NCBI GenBank assembly: GCA_046484745.1
Contig: JAWOIJ010000058.1
Span: forward strand, 3,937 to 67,936
DNA: 64,000 bases
From: Desulfobacterales bacterium
Lineage (GTDB): Bacteria > Desulfobacterota > Desulfobacteria > Desulfobacterales > SURF-7
Direction of reading: 5' to 3'
Shown here one piece after another: positions 1 through 9,784 of the stretch. The stretch's first letter is position 1, and each line of letters begins with the position of its first letter. The translations under genes and the position numbers were made by a program. The notes beneath the pieces are model-generated. The model ran no database searches. It was not told the origin of the DNA and saw nothing but the letters and a program-made list of their open reading frames with translations.

Positions 1-1229
1 GGATTTTCCTCTGAAGCGTCAAAACTTCCTAATTTCGGTGGTATGAGCGCTAACGTCGGGCTCAGTAATATGTCATAGGATTCTGTGAAGAGTTTGCCGA
101 TTTCACGGCTGAACCGCTGAAAAATAAACAAGGCATCCATTAAATCGACGCTTTTTTTCAGTGTTCCCTTCTCTCCATAAGCCCATGTCAATGGTTCAAA
201 ATGATTCGGTGTTGCTTTTTTTCCTGTAATATATTCCATGGCATGGATCTGCCATGCAACTCCGGAACTGTAGACTGTATCAAAAGCATCCGGAAGGCTG
301 GCTAAGATGGAAACATCAAATGTATCAAATTTTGCTTCCTCTACCGTATGACCTAAATCTTTGCAAAGCTCTGTTGATGTCTTCAATGCTTGTAAACAAT
401 CATTATCTATTTCTATCCCGCTATTCGTGAAAGTGATGACTCCAATCTTCAAATTGTCCGGATCTTTTCCCACAGCATTAAAAAAAGAAGTTTTTGGAGG
501 CGGTGCAAAATATGGATCACCAGGCGCTGACCCCGCTGTAGCATCCAGTAAGGCTGCACTGTCGCGCACCGATCTTGTAATGACATGTTCACAAACAAGA
601 CCAAACAGCAGCTCTCCAAATATAGGAGCCAATGTAATTCTACCTCTTGTGGGTTTCATACCAAATAATCCGCAGCAAGATGCAGGAATTCGAATGGACC
701 CGCCCCCGTCATTACCATGGGCCATAGAAACCATACCGCAAGCAACCGCTGCAGCAGATCCACCGGATGACCCCCCTGGCGTCCGACTTAAATCCCAAGG
801 ATTTCGTGTGGGGCCAAAACGCTTGGGTTCTGTAGTTGGCAGAATGCCAAGCTCTGGAACATTGGTTTTGCCTAAAATGATCAAACCTGCTTTTTTGTAG
901 CGTTTCACTAATTCACTATCCATTGGGGATACAAAATCATTCAAATAATTCGTGCCGGAGGTTCTCCGAACCCCCTCCATTTCCCCCAAAATATCTTTTA
1001 ATAAAAACGGAACCCCTTTAAATTGCCCATCTGGAAGCTTATCTGGCTGTTTTGCAATATCGCGGGCCATTTCAAAGGTGGATGTAATGACTGCATTGAT
1101 CTTTGGATTCAATCGTTCTATTTGATATATGGCAGAATCGACAAGTTCAATGGGAAGAACTTCTTTTTTCTGGATGAGCTCCGCCTGGTGTGTTGCATCC
1201 ATGAATGCAAATTCATCATGTCGTGCCAT
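1..1229 (-). CDS. amidase (amidase-signature family); C-terminus cut by window edge
   Basis: Missing from the ORF track because it runs off the window. My reverse-complement read from ATG at 1229 gives MARHDEFAFMDATHQAELIQKKE... and the signature GGSSGGSAAAVACGMVSMAHGNDGGGSIRIPASCCGLFGMKPTRGR. The listed 361..900 (+) ORF is its antisense shadow. Confidence 0.85.
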   Translation of the reverse strand, partial: MARHDEFAFMDATHQAELIQKKEVLPIELVDSAIYQIERLNPKINAVITSTFEMARDIAKQPDKLPDGQFKGVPFLLKDILGEMEGVRRTSGTNYLNDFVSPMDSELVKRYKKAGLIILGKTNVPELGILPTTEPKRFGPTRNPWDLSRTPGGSSGGSAAAVACGMVSMAHGNDGGGSIRIPASCCGLFGMKPTRGRITLAPIFGELLFGLVCEHVITRSVRDSAALLDATAGSAPGDPYFAPPPKTSFFNAVGKDPDNLKIGVITFTNSGIEIDNDCLQALKTSTELCKDLGHTVEEAKFDTFDVSILASLPDAFDTVYSSGVAWQIHAMEYITGKKATPNHFEPLTWAYGEKGTLKKSVDLMDALFIFQRFSREIGKLFTESYDILLSPTLALIPPKLGSFDASEEN

Positions 1230-1926
1230 GGGTCCTATCCTCCCTTTTTTGTTTTGCTGGCTGAGTATCTACCATCCATCGCATATCGCACATCGCATCT
1301 CCATGAGAAAGTGTATACTGCCTCTCATATTTCCCTCCCTTGACAAGGTATTCGGCAAGGGGCCAATCAAATGTACACCAAGTTTTTTTGAAGAATTCTA
1401 ACTCCTCTGAACCGACAGACTTAAAATAATCATGTACCGGACAGCGATAAATATCATAGGCAAATGCGTCTGGGACCTTAATAACCTTCAAATCGTATCC
1501 CGGTTTTTCCAAGGTCTTTAAAAAAATCTCTTGTATTCGATCCATCCGCTTTTGGGGCTTACGACTTGACAAATGGCCTTTTAAACGAGTCCGTCTGACA
1601 ACTCTTTGGTAATATTTCCAAAGTACATCGCCACATAGTTCAATTGCATATTCCTTTTCAGCGCCAATTTTTAAGATGGCTCTGTACATGGCAAGAGACC
1701 AAACACCTGATTTCAACATTACCCGACTTCCAGGAGTATTCCCCTTTGGTGCGGTTTTATGTAACTTTTGGAAATTTTTCCAGCTTTCTTCTAAAATGTA
1801 ATATACATCGTCATTGGTGATACGGCCCAATTCCGGTCTCTGACGACTACGATTTCTGCCTTCCAGTTTTTGAAATGGAATACGGAATCGATAGCTCCAT
1901 CTGAAAGTAAGGATTATCCATTTCAT
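1216..1926 (-). CDS. L-2-amino-thiazoline-4-carboxylic acid (ATC) hydrolase-like domain protein
   Basis: 236-aa ORF. The C-terminal half (RCPVHDYFKSVGSEELEFFKKTWCTFDWPLAEYL...TLSHGDAMCDMRW) fits the Cys/Asp pattern I recall for the ATC-hydrolase domain; this was not searched. AAGGAA RBS about 9 nt upstream. Its stop overlaps the amidase start by 14 nt. Confidence 0.6.
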   Translation of the reverse strand: MKWIILTFRWSYRFRIPFQKLEGRNRSRQRPELGRITNDDVYYILEESWKNFQKLHKTAPKGNTPGSRVMLKSGVWSLAMYRAILKIGAEKEYAIELCGDVLWKYYQRVVRRTRLKGHLSSRKPQKRMDRIQEIFLKTLEKPGYDLKVIKVPDAFAYDIYRCPVHDYFKSVGSEELEFFKKTWCTFDWPLAEYLVKGGKYERQYTLSHGDAMCDMRWMVDTQPAKQKREDRTHGTT

Positions 1927-2036
1927 TTTTACATTTCCTTTCTAATTTAATGTTGCGCCTAACTGCTTTCAATCCCTTTTTCCTTTTTACCAACCATTTC
2001 CGAAGGGTCTTTCTATAACAAATTTTTGATGATCAC

Positions 2037-2083
2037 GTTCAGTGAACATGTTCATTAATAAGATATAGCAAAAAATTTGTCAA
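2037..2083 (-). promoter_or_regulatory. sigma-70-type promoter with an operator-like palindrome for the 1926 gene
   Basis: On the minus strand: -35 TTGACA (2083..2078), 17-nt spacer, -10 TATTAA (2060..2055). Directly downstream is GTTCA-g-TGAACATGTTCA (2037..2054), which contains a perfect 12-nt palindrome, TGAACATGTTCA (2043..2054). Confidence 0.45.
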
Positions 2084-2413
2084 GCGTTTAATGCAAAAAA
2101 TTTCAAAATGCTTTCTTTAATGTATTTGCATAGTTGATATGATATGCCGAAATTGAGACCGAGGGAGTTTGGATTGGGACAAATTTAAATGAGAGCAATG
2201 CTAATATGAGATTTAATTTCTTCGAAGCAATATGTGGTATTATTTTTAAATATCAAAGTAGGCTGAAATTTAAAACTGGTGTTTTTCCGTTCAAACCTGT
2301 CAAAATTCCCAGTAACAAAAAATCTGACATATTTTCCAGATATGTAAGTAGTCAATGTTATTTTTTGGATTTTCAAATGATGGGGGAATGGTCATTTATT
2401 TCCCCCTTCTGTC

Positions 2414-3790
2414 TCATCGCAGTAGATCCGGATACTCCCGCTCAATTATTGGTTTCATCTCATCGAGTGATTCAGTGAAAGCTCCCAGTGCCGTCTCGAT
2501 TTCATTATCCGTCATCGGAGTTGAGATACTGTACATGTGCCGACTGGCCGGGAAAATACCACGACGCAGCATGCAAAGATGAAAATACATGGGAATAGCG
2601 CCTGCACCAAAGACGCCTTCCACGCTATCACGCGCGTTGCTAATAGGCTTGTCGGTAAAGTGTACATTTACCAGAGATCCAAGCCCAATAGCCTGACCCC
2701 TGATGCCGGCTTTTTCAAAAGCAAGATTAAGGCCGTCTCTTAAACGATCTCCTAATTTATTGAGCCGGTCATAAACATCGGGTTGGAGTTGTTGGACAGC
2801 GGCAATGCCTGCTGCCATGGATAATGGATTTCCGCTGAAGGTGCTTGCGTGCCACATAAAACCTGCCGTTTCCGGGTTGAAAAGCTGCATGATCTCCCGC
2901 CGACCGCCATAGGCGCCAATGGGCAATCCGCCCCCGATAATTTTACCGATAGCGGTCAAGTCCGGCTGGATGTCGAATATTTCCTGGATGCCGCCGGGCG
3001 CCAGTCTGAAGGTGATGACCTCATCCAGAATCAGAAGGACATCGTTATCCTCGGTAATTTGACGAATCGCCTTCAAATAGTCGGGTTTTGGAGGAATCAT
3101 TCCCAATCCTCCCAGCATCGGTTCCATTAACAAAGCGGCCACTTCATCCTTATGTTTTTTGATGAGCTTTTCGGAGATTTCCGGCTCATTGAATGGTACT
3201 GTGACCACATCTGCCAATGAACTTAATGCAATCCCTTTATCAGGAGGGAGAGTGTTTGGCTCCTCGATTGGACCGGCATCGGGAGGAATTGGTATCAAAC
3301 TGATTTCGCCCAGATCGTGATTGCCGTTGTAACCTCCTTCCATTTTCATTATTTTTTGTTTGCCTGTAAAAGCTCTGGCCGCCCTGGCCGCCATCATCGT
3401 TCCCTCACTGCCGCAACTGCAAAACCGAAGCTGTTCAATGGAAGGCGTTCGGTCACAGATCATCCTGGCAAGGTGTATCTGGCTTTCAGTGGGAGCGGCA
3501 AAAGCAGTACCAAGAGAAAGTTGTTCGTTCACAGCTGATACTACTTTCGGATTCGCATGCCCAAGGATCAAAGAAGTAAAGTTGTTCATGAAATCGATAT
3601 ATTCATGCCCGTCAGTGTCCCAAAGCCGACACCCCTCGCCCCTGGTCATGAATGCAGGGTAGGGAGCATAATGGGCCGTTGTACGTGTATCTCCTCCGGG
3701 CATGTATTCTCTGGCCTGCTCCATCAATTTTTTGGATTTCTTAGTCCATGATATGTATGCCTGTTGGATATCTTCCAGACTGCTGGTCAT
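2414..3790 (-). CDS. class-III aminotransferase (glutamate-1-semialdehyde aminomutase-like)
   Basis: ORF 2414..3844. Motifs: YMPGGDTRTT, GSEGTMMAARAARAFTG, LLILDEVITF, IGKIIGGGLPIGAYGG. I prefer the ATG at 3790 (MTSSLEDIQQ...) because GGAGG lies 8 nt upstream. The 3844 start would run into the upstream octamer repeats. Confidence 0.9.
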   Translation of the reverse strand: MTSSLEDIQQAYISWTKKSKKLMEQAREYMPGGDTRTTAHYAPYPAFMTRGEGCRLWDTDGHEYIDFMNNFTSLILGHANPKVVSAVNEQLSLGTAFAAPTESQIHLARMICDRTPSIEQLRFCSCGSEGTMMAARAARAFTGKQKIMKMEGGYNGNHDLGEISLIPIPPDAGPIEEPNTLPPDKGIALSSLADVVTVPFNEPEISEKLIKKHKDEVAALLMEPMLGGLGMIPPKPDYLKAIRQITEDNDVLLILDEVITFRLAPGGIQEIFDIQPDLTAIGKIIGGGLPIGAYGGRREIMQLFNPETAGFMWHASTFSGNPLSMAAGIAAVQQLQPDVYDRLNKLGDRLRDGLNLAFEKAGIRGQAIGLGSLVNVHFTDKPISNARDSVEGVFGAGAIPMYFHLCMLRRGIFPASRHMYSISTPMTDNEIETALGAFTESLDEMKPIIEREYPDLLR

Positions 3791-3838
3791 ATCATTTACC
3801 TCCGTATTTAAATGAATTAAATCTCTTTTTGATTCACC

Positions 3839-3878
3839 TTTCAATTATCGATTTCAATTAAAAATTTCAATTTCAATT
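3839..3878. repeat. four copies of the octamer TTTCAATT upstream of the aminotransferase gene
   Basis: TTTCAATT at 3839-3846, 3852-3859, 3865-3872 and 3871-3878. Spacing is 13, 13 and 6 nt. Confidence 0.6.
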
Positions 3879-4622
3879 ATGCGAGCGATTGCCTCAAAAG
3901 GATTTCCCACATTCGTTTTTGCCCGTTTTCGTTGTCATTGCATTTCTTTTTATATACAATTCAGAGTCAATTACAATTAAATGATTTGAGATGGTTTAGT
4001 CCAGAAATTTATCTATATAGAGGGCTTTCTTTTTAACGAGCTGAAATAATAAGAGTATCAATAGACATGTGGCATTTTAATTTTGATAATTCAGTGCGAG
4101 GTTTATTTAATTTTGAAATAGATAAAATGTCTTTACCAGAATTGCTTGGTATTTGATTTACCGATGGCCTGTTATTGGAGATATAGAAAAGTACAGATTT
4201 TTTTCAGTTCGCAAGGAAAAAAAACAGCTCAGGTTTATGGTTATTTCCCTTAAAGATCACAGCCACACCCGAGCCTTTGATAAGAGAATCTCCCAAGTTG
4301 TTGATCCTTGGGAAAATGGAAGGCAACAAAACAGAAATAGAACGATCTTTATGGAAGTTTTATCCTTATTAATGTGCCTATTTTCATAAGATTGGACAGG
4401 TTCACACAAACGGCAGATCGTAACAGAAATATGGTGGATGGATGCTTTTGTGATGATGGATGTAAATTCTGTAAATACAGCCACCTGTCAACTCTCAAAC
4501 ACTAAAATTTCAATCGTCCAATTATGGTATTGGCAGATCGTAAAAAGTGAGCAGAGGGAGCCTTTTACACTCGCTCATCATTTAGGAATGAATTTTTGTT
4601 ATTGATGATGATTTTGGAAAAC

Positions 4623-4665
4623 AGACGGCTTTTTAGACGGCTTTTAATGGCTCTAAACGGTTTTT
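4623..4665. repeat. short tandem repeat AGACGGCTTTT x2 plus a degenerate third copy
   Basis: AGACGGCTTTT at 4623-4633 and 4635-4645. AAACGGTTTTT at 4655-4665. Lies in the non-coding gap. Confidence 0.5.
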
Positions 4666-4726
4666 GATGGTACTAATATAATGAAAGAATAGGTGAAATA
4701 CGCTTTGGCTCGCCCTGTCACGATAG

Positions 4727-4743
4727 AGGTCGCGAGTTAGAAT
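4727..4743 (+). other. tRNA T-arm-like fragment (not a functional tRNA)
   Basis: AGGTCGCGAGTTAGAAT resembles a tRNA T-stem/loop (GCGAG-TTCGAAT). The 3' half of the stem and the acceptor stem are absent. Confidence 0.3.
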
Positions 4744-4850
4744 AAGAGCAAAGGATTCGCAATTTCATCGAATCCATTGCTCCCAAATATAATATGCAGA
4801 ATTAATTGATGAATAATTCAAAAAAAGGAGCATTAGAGTTTCAACTTTGA

Positions 4851-4890
4851 AAATGTGCCCGTAAAATTGTGTCCAAATTGTGCCCGTCAA
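4851..4890. repeat. three tandem ~13-nt TGTGCCCGT-type repeats
   Basis: ATGTGCCCGTAAA (4853-4865), ATTGTGTCCAAA (4866-4877), TTGTGCCCGTCAA (4878-4890). Confidence 0.5.
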
Positions 4891-5021
4891 GGTCAAACTT
4901 TTCAAAATATTTCCAAATAAAACCAAAAACGCTCTGAAAAACGCTTTGGAATCAACGTGTTGAAATTCTATCATTTTCAAAATTCTGCCGGAAAGGGTGG
5001 TTTATCCCCTTTTCTGTTATA

Positions 5022-6029
5022 TCACCAGCGTTTTTTTTCAAGACCGTTAAAGTGCAGATAGGGTCCCAGCCTGTCATAATGCTCTTTTGAACAGAATTCA
5101 GCATCCACAATATGACCTGCGATACCGGTTACAACCACCTCCTTGGAAACCAGCGATTTCGGTTTGTCGTCAAGATGGAACTCGACCATGAGTTTGTCCC
5201 CAACTGTCAGTTCCGGTTTGAGCTTGAATGACATCCGGATATCGGTGATCGAAATATTCGTCACTGTCATCTGTCCTCTCTTTTCCTTGTCGGAAGTGAC
5301 AAAAACTCCGGGCAGATCTAATGCATCGGTTTGCATGGTATCATCCTTCTGCGCATCTGTTTTTTCATCAGCAGAAGAGGCCTCCTGCATCAGATCTTTG
5401 AGAAGCATTTTTTCAATCTTGGAGATCTTTTTTTCAGGAAGCGGCTTGAAAAAGAATTGTGCTCTTTTTCGGCGCACAAATTTTAATGCGGCAGCCCTGC
5501 CCTTCAAATCCTTGCAGACCGCATTATAAAGAACGCCATTTTCGAAATAGAACAATCCGTTATCGCCATCCGGCAGTTTAACCTCCAGGATGCAGGTTTT
5601 CTTTTCCATTTCAATCATCATCATAAAACTGCTCACAGATATTCCGTGCAGAACTCCCTTGGGTATATCCCGGTTAAATATTTTCAGAATATCAGGGATA
5701 AGTTGATCTACCGAAAACGGTTTTCGGAAAAATCGACGGATATCTTTGGGAAGTTTTTTCCGAAGTTCAGGCGTTTCATAGGCTGTCATTACAAAGCACG
5801 GGATAAAAGGGAAATTTTCATTAACATAGGCAAGAAGGGTCAGTCCATCCATTCTTGGCATTTTTATATCTGTAAGCAGCAGGGAGATTTGGGTACTGTC
5901 TAGAATCTGGATAGCTTCTTTTCCATCTTTTGCCGTTAGAACCTCAAAGCGGTCACCGTATTTTTCCAGCTCTGATTTTAAAAGATTTAAAAAGACAGCG
6001 TCATCTTCAGCGATAAGAACCTTTTTCAT
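5022..6029 (-). CDS. response regulator: REC + DUF4388-like + degenerate PilZ-like C-terminal domain
   Basis: 335 aa. REC motifs: VLIAEDD, LLLTDIKMPRMDG, RKPF. The middle region (GISVSSFMMMIEMEKKTCILEV...FENGVLYNA) looks DUF4388-like. The C-terminus has TNISITD in place of the D/NxSxxG motif and lacks a clear RxxxR. GGAGG RBS. Confidence 0.85.
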   Translation of the reverse strand: MKKVLIAEDDAVFLNLLKSELEKYGDRFEVLTAKDGKEAIQILDSTQISLLLTDIKMPRMDGLTLLAYVNENFPFIPCFVMTAYETPELRKKLPKDIRRFFRKPFSVDQLIPDILKIFNRDIPKGVLHGISVSSFMMMIEMEKKTCILEVKLPDGDNGLFYFENGVLYNAVCKDLKGRAAALKFVRRKRAQFFFKPLPEKKISKIEKMLLKDLMQEASSADEKTDAQKDDTMQTDALDLPGVFVTSDKEKRGQMTVTNISITDIRMSFKLKPELTVGDKLMVEFHLDDKPKSLVSKEVVVTGIAGHIVDAEFCSKEHYDRLGPYLHFNGLEKKRW

Positions 6030-6162
6030 GGTTACCTCCAGCCATTTTTTTTAATGAACTTTCAGAACGCAATCGATTGTATCTCAGCTTATCCTGTTTG
6101 ATCTCCTGTTATTGAAAGCCCGGGGTTTATCAAATGGTCATCCCCACTGTAATTTGAAAAAA

Positions 6163-8661
6163 TTAAACAGGCTGCTCAAAAGCGTTTAATTCACGAATCA
6201 TCGTGATCGACTCTTCAACCTTGGAAAAAGCTTCTTCAGCTTTCCGGAGCACCTTAATAATTTCATCTTTGTTTTCCTCAACACAGGCATTTTCAAGATC
6301 GCCGGCTGCCGAGCTAAGTTCGGCAGCGGACATGTTCCCGGCAGCGCCTTTCAGGGAATGTGCCTTGAGTCTCGCCGTTTTATAATCTTTTTCGTCGACA
6401 AGGGTTCGGAATTCGTCAGCAAAATTTTTATATGCGCTGTAATATTTTTCAAGGATATTGAAGTATCTGTCCCGGGTTATCCCCAAACGTTTTATGCCTT
6501 CTTCGATGGCAAGACCGGGAAGTTCCGAAGGATACTCGGGCTTTGATACTTCCGGTTTTTCGGTAAGGCCGGTTTTATCCGAAGCGTTTTTGTTCAGATC
6601 GGGAATGGTTTTACGGAGAGCCGCAAACAGTTCTTTTCGATCAATGGGTTTAGGGACATAGTCATTCATTTCGGCCTTAAAACATTTTTCACGGTCTCCG
6701 TGCATGGCATGTGCTGTCATGGCGATAATCGGCAGATCTTTTATGGCGAGTTTCTCCCGGATATGTCTGGTGGCCTCAATTCCATCCATGATCGGCATCT
6801 GGATGTCCATCAAGACCGCATCGTAATGTTTTTCTTGAATCATTCGTACAGCTTCCAGTCCGTTCTTCGCAATATCGGGGATAATGCCCCCTGTCACGAG
6901 AATCTCTCTGGCAACGGCCTGGTTTATCGGATTGTCTTCCACCAGAAGAATTTTAACCCCTGAAAAAGATTTGGATTCGACAATATCGGCTGGAATGTTC
7001 GGTGTGTGCGGCGACTGATATCCAAAAATTTCCAGGGTTGCATTCAACAGGGCAGACTGCTTGATCGGCTTTATGAGAAAATTTTCCACACCCGCATCTC
7101 TGGAGCGCTGGATATCGGTTTCATTGCCTGATGTGCCGGTAACAATAATCGGGGGAGGGCTGGTGCGGCTGTTGTTTTTAATGATCTCAGCCACCCGGAT
7201 TCCGTCCATATCGGGTAGGCCCGCATCGACAATGAGGAGACCGAATTTTTCTCCGTCAATTGAATTTTCATATCGGGAGATCGCCTCTTTACCGCTTCCG
7301 GCGATTTCCGGGATCATGCCCAGTGACTTGACGATTTTTTTCAGAACCTGAAGGGACGAAGGGTTGTCATCTGCGATAAGTGCTCTGAGTCCAATGAGTT
7401 TTGGGGGAAGAATCGGTTTCCGGCTGGGTTCATCGACAGGGTACCCAAAAACACCGGTAAAGAAAAAAGAGGCCCCCTTGCCAAAGGTGCTTTCAACCCA
7501 TAAACGTCCATTCATCATTTCGACAATTTTTTTGCATATGGTCAGCCCAAGACCGGTACCGCCGTATTTTCGGGTTATGGATCCGTCTGCCTGCTCAAAA
7601 GCGAGAAAAAGTTTTTTCGACATTTCCGCGTCAATGCCGATGCCGGTGTCGCGCACACAGAAAAGCAGATCAACATGGCCGTGAGATTCATCCTGTTTGG
7701 TTACGGTGACGCATATCTCTCCTTGATCAGTAAATTTTAAGGCATTGGAAATCAAATTGATAAGCACCTGGCGCAATCGGAACGGGTCTGTCACCAGCCT
7801 GTCCGGAACATTCGGATCGATATCAACAATGAGTTCCAGTTTTTTTTCCCGAACTTTGGCGAGAAACATATCCGTTACCTCTTCGACAATTTCTCTTACG
7901 GAAACCGGAATATTATCAAATTCAAGCTTTCCGGCTTCAATTTTGGAAAAATCAAGAATGTCGTTAATAAGTCCCAGAAGGGATCTTGCCGAAGAACGGA
8001 CAATATTTTGATATTCTCTCTGTTTCTGATTCAGCTCCGTACCCATTAAAAGGTCTGTCATGCCGATGATTGCATTCATGGGTGTACGGATTTCATGGCT
8101 CATGTTGGCTAAAAATTCGCTTTTGGCATTTGTGGCTTTCTCGGCAGCTTCTTTTGCCGTCTGAAATGCCAGGGTGCTGTTTCGCAATGCTGCTGTTCGT
8201 TTTCGCACGAGTATTTCCAGATTTTTCGAATGATTCTTCAGGGCAATATTTGCTTTATTCAAGGCTTTTTGCTGCTGTTGCAGTTTTTTGTTCAATAGAT
8301 GTGTCTGTTTGATTTTGAGAGAGAGCCTTTCCTGCAGTTTTCCGACAAACGCTCCTGCCAGAATTAAAAAGCCTCCCCACGTGAGAATATAGAGATAAAG
8401 GTCCAGCCTGGAGGCGGGCATGATAAAAAGATCTGGATAGATGATGGTGTAGGCCGTAACGAGCAGGATACAGAGAATGGCCCCCAGAATGGATTTCCGA
8501 AGCCCGAGATAATAACCGGACAGAATTACAGGCAGAAAATAAAAATTAAAAAAAGCGATTTTCTGATGGATAAAATAATTGATTACGCCGACGGCGATGA
8601 GAAGGACAAGGACGAAAAGATGTTCGAATTTTTCTGAAAAATAATCCCTTGTTCTGTCCAC
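6163..8661 (-). CDS. hybrid sensor histidine kinase (TM sensor, HisKA, HATPase, 2 x REC, Hpt)
   Basis: 832 aa. H-box [13 protein letters not shown]; DTGIGI and [11 protein letters not shown]; REC Asp sites [13 protein letters not shown] and [12 protein letters not shown]; Hpt motif [10 protein letters not shown]. Confidence 0.92.
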   Translation of the reverse strand: MDRTRDYFSEKFEHLFVLVLLIAVGVINYFIHQKIAFFNFYFLPVILSGYYLGLRKSILGAILCILLVTAYTIIYPDLFIMPASRLDLYLYILTWGGFLILAGAFVGKLQERLSLKIKQTHLLNKKLQQQQKALNKANIALKNHSKNLEILVRKRTAALRNSTLAFQTAKEAAEKATNAKSEFLANMSHEIRTPMNAIIGMTDLLMGTELNQKQREYQNIVRSSARSLLGLINDILDFSKIEAGKLEFDNIPVSVREIVEEVTDMFLAKVREKKLELIVDIDPNVPDRLVTDPFRLRQVLINLISNALKFTDQGEICVTVTKQDESHGHVDLLFCVRDTGIGIDAEMSKKLFLAFEQADGSITRKYGGTGLGLTICKKIVEMMNGRLWVESTFGKGASFFFTGVFGYPVDEPSRKPILPPKLIGLRALIADDNPSSLQVLKKIVKSLGMIPEIAGSGKEAISRYENSIDGEKFGLLIVDAGLPDMDGIRVAEIIKNNSRTSPPPIIVTGTSGNETDIQRSRDAGVENFLIKPIKQSALLNATLEIFGYQSPHTPNIPADIVESKSFSGVKILLVEDNPINQAVAREILVTGGIIPDIAKNGLEAVRMIQEKHYDAVLMDIQMPIMDGIEATRHIREKLAIKDLPIIAMTAHAMHGDREKCFKAEMNDYVPKPIDRKELFAALRKTIPDLNKNASDKTGLTEKPEVSKPEYPSELPGLAIEEGIKRLGITRDRYFNILEKYYSAYKNFADEFRTLVDEKDYKTARLKAHSLKGAAGNMSAAELSSAAGDLENACVEENKDEIIKVLRKAEEAFSKVEESITMIRELNAFEQPV

Positions 8662-8890
8662 GAAATTACCTCTGTTGTTGGTAATCGGGGTATATTGTTT
8701 GTCGGAAGTGGATATTTTGTCAAAATCATTAGTAAATTTGAGGCGTCATGTCAAATCTATTCCATCTTTCCTTTTATTTGACATATTTTTGAACTTGTTA
8801 TAGCTTTTCAGCATACTCGATGGTTTTCACGCATGAAATAGAAATACCGCCGAAACATCACAATACAATCAATCAAAAAGCGAGACTGTT

Positions 8891-9784
8891 ATGAAAGATT
8901 CTCGGAGAAGCCTTACGGCTGAATCAGCCGCCGCAGCCCGCGCAGCCCATTTTGTGCTGAATTACGAGCCGATCATATTTGAAGATCCCTATGCGGCATA
9001 TTTCATCGGAGGCCGGTGGAAATGGATGATCCAAAAAAGAGTTATTCTCCGTCTGATAACCGCTAATTTCCTTTTCGGGTGGGCAAGGCCTGTTGTCGGA
9101 CAAATACTTGCCAGAAGCAGATATTCGGAAGATCGTTTTGAAAAGGCATTTGGCAATGATATTTCGCAGTATGTTCTGCTTGGCGCGGGAATGGATTCCT
9201 TCGCAATGCGCCGTCCCGAACTTGAAGAGGCGGTGAAGATCTATGAGGTCGATCATCCCAGTACCCAGGAATGGAAAAAGGGCAAACTGTCTGAGAACAG
9301 TTTCACCCCGCCGTCAAATGTGGTCTACATACCCATCGATTTCGAGAAGGAGTCTCTTGCGCAGGTGCTGACATCATCACCTTTTCAAAATGAAATCCCG
9401 GCTTTTTTTTCCTGGCTTGGGACAACATACTATCTTACAAAAAATGCTGTTTTTGAAACCTTTAAAGCGATTTCTTCCTGTGCGGCAAAGGGCAGTGAGG
9501 TTGTATTTGATTATGCCTGCTCCGATGCCGATGGGCGGATGCCGGATACAAAAACCATCAAGAAGGTCAGAAAGTTTACAAAGCGTCGCGGTGAGGAAAT
9601 GATTACCGCTTTTAGTCAGCAAGAGCTGTTTGATGAATTAAAAAAAGTTGGTTTTACGCTTCAGGAGGATCTGGATACGAACATGCAGAATGAAAGATAT
9701 TTCGCAAACCGATCTGACGGCCTGGAAGCGATGCGGCATACGCACATCGCTTCGGTGAAGCTGGAAAGGCCTGTTAAAAGTTAA
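8891..9784 (+). CDS. class I SAM-dependent methyltransferase (LCMT/O-methyltransferase-like)
   Basis: 297 aa. YVLLGAGMDSFAMR SAM-binding loop and VYEVDHP motif, typical of the leucine carboxyl methyltransferase-like family. Confidence 0.8.
   Translation: MKDSRRSLTAESAAAARAAHFVLNYEPIIFEDPYAAYFIGGRWKWMIQKRVILRLITANFLFGWARPVVGQILARSRYSEDRFEKAFGNDISQYVLLGAGMDSFAMRRPELEEAVKIYEVDHPSTQEWKKGKLSENSFTPPSNVVYIPIDFEKESLAQVLTSSPFQNEIPAFFSWLGTTYYLTKNAVFETFKAISSCAAKGSEVVFDYACSDADGRMPDTKTIKKVRKFTKRRGEEMITAFSQQELFDELKKVGFTLQEDLDTNMQNERYFANRSDGLEAMRHTHIASVKLERPVKS

Noticed and set aside
361-900. 179-aa plus-strand ORF, and the neighbouring 1023..1343 and 1129..1401 ORFs
   Set aside because: They are antisense shadows of the minus-strand amidase, whose amidase-signature sequence reads cleanly on the opposite strand. 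They have no RBS and a Pro/Ser/Gly-rich, low-complexity composition.
4715-4745. Possible tRNA gene (also the GTTCGATTC string at 19992-20000)
   Set aside because: Only a T-loop-like string is present. The complementary T-stem, anticodon arm and acceptor stem cannot be formed. I call no tRNA, rRNA or tmRNA in this window.
4623-4890. Short tandem repeats considered as a possible CRISPR array
   Set aside because: The units are only 11-13 nt with at most 3 copies, have no unique spacers of regular length, and no cas genes are in the window. I saw no CRISPR array anywhere in the 64 kb.
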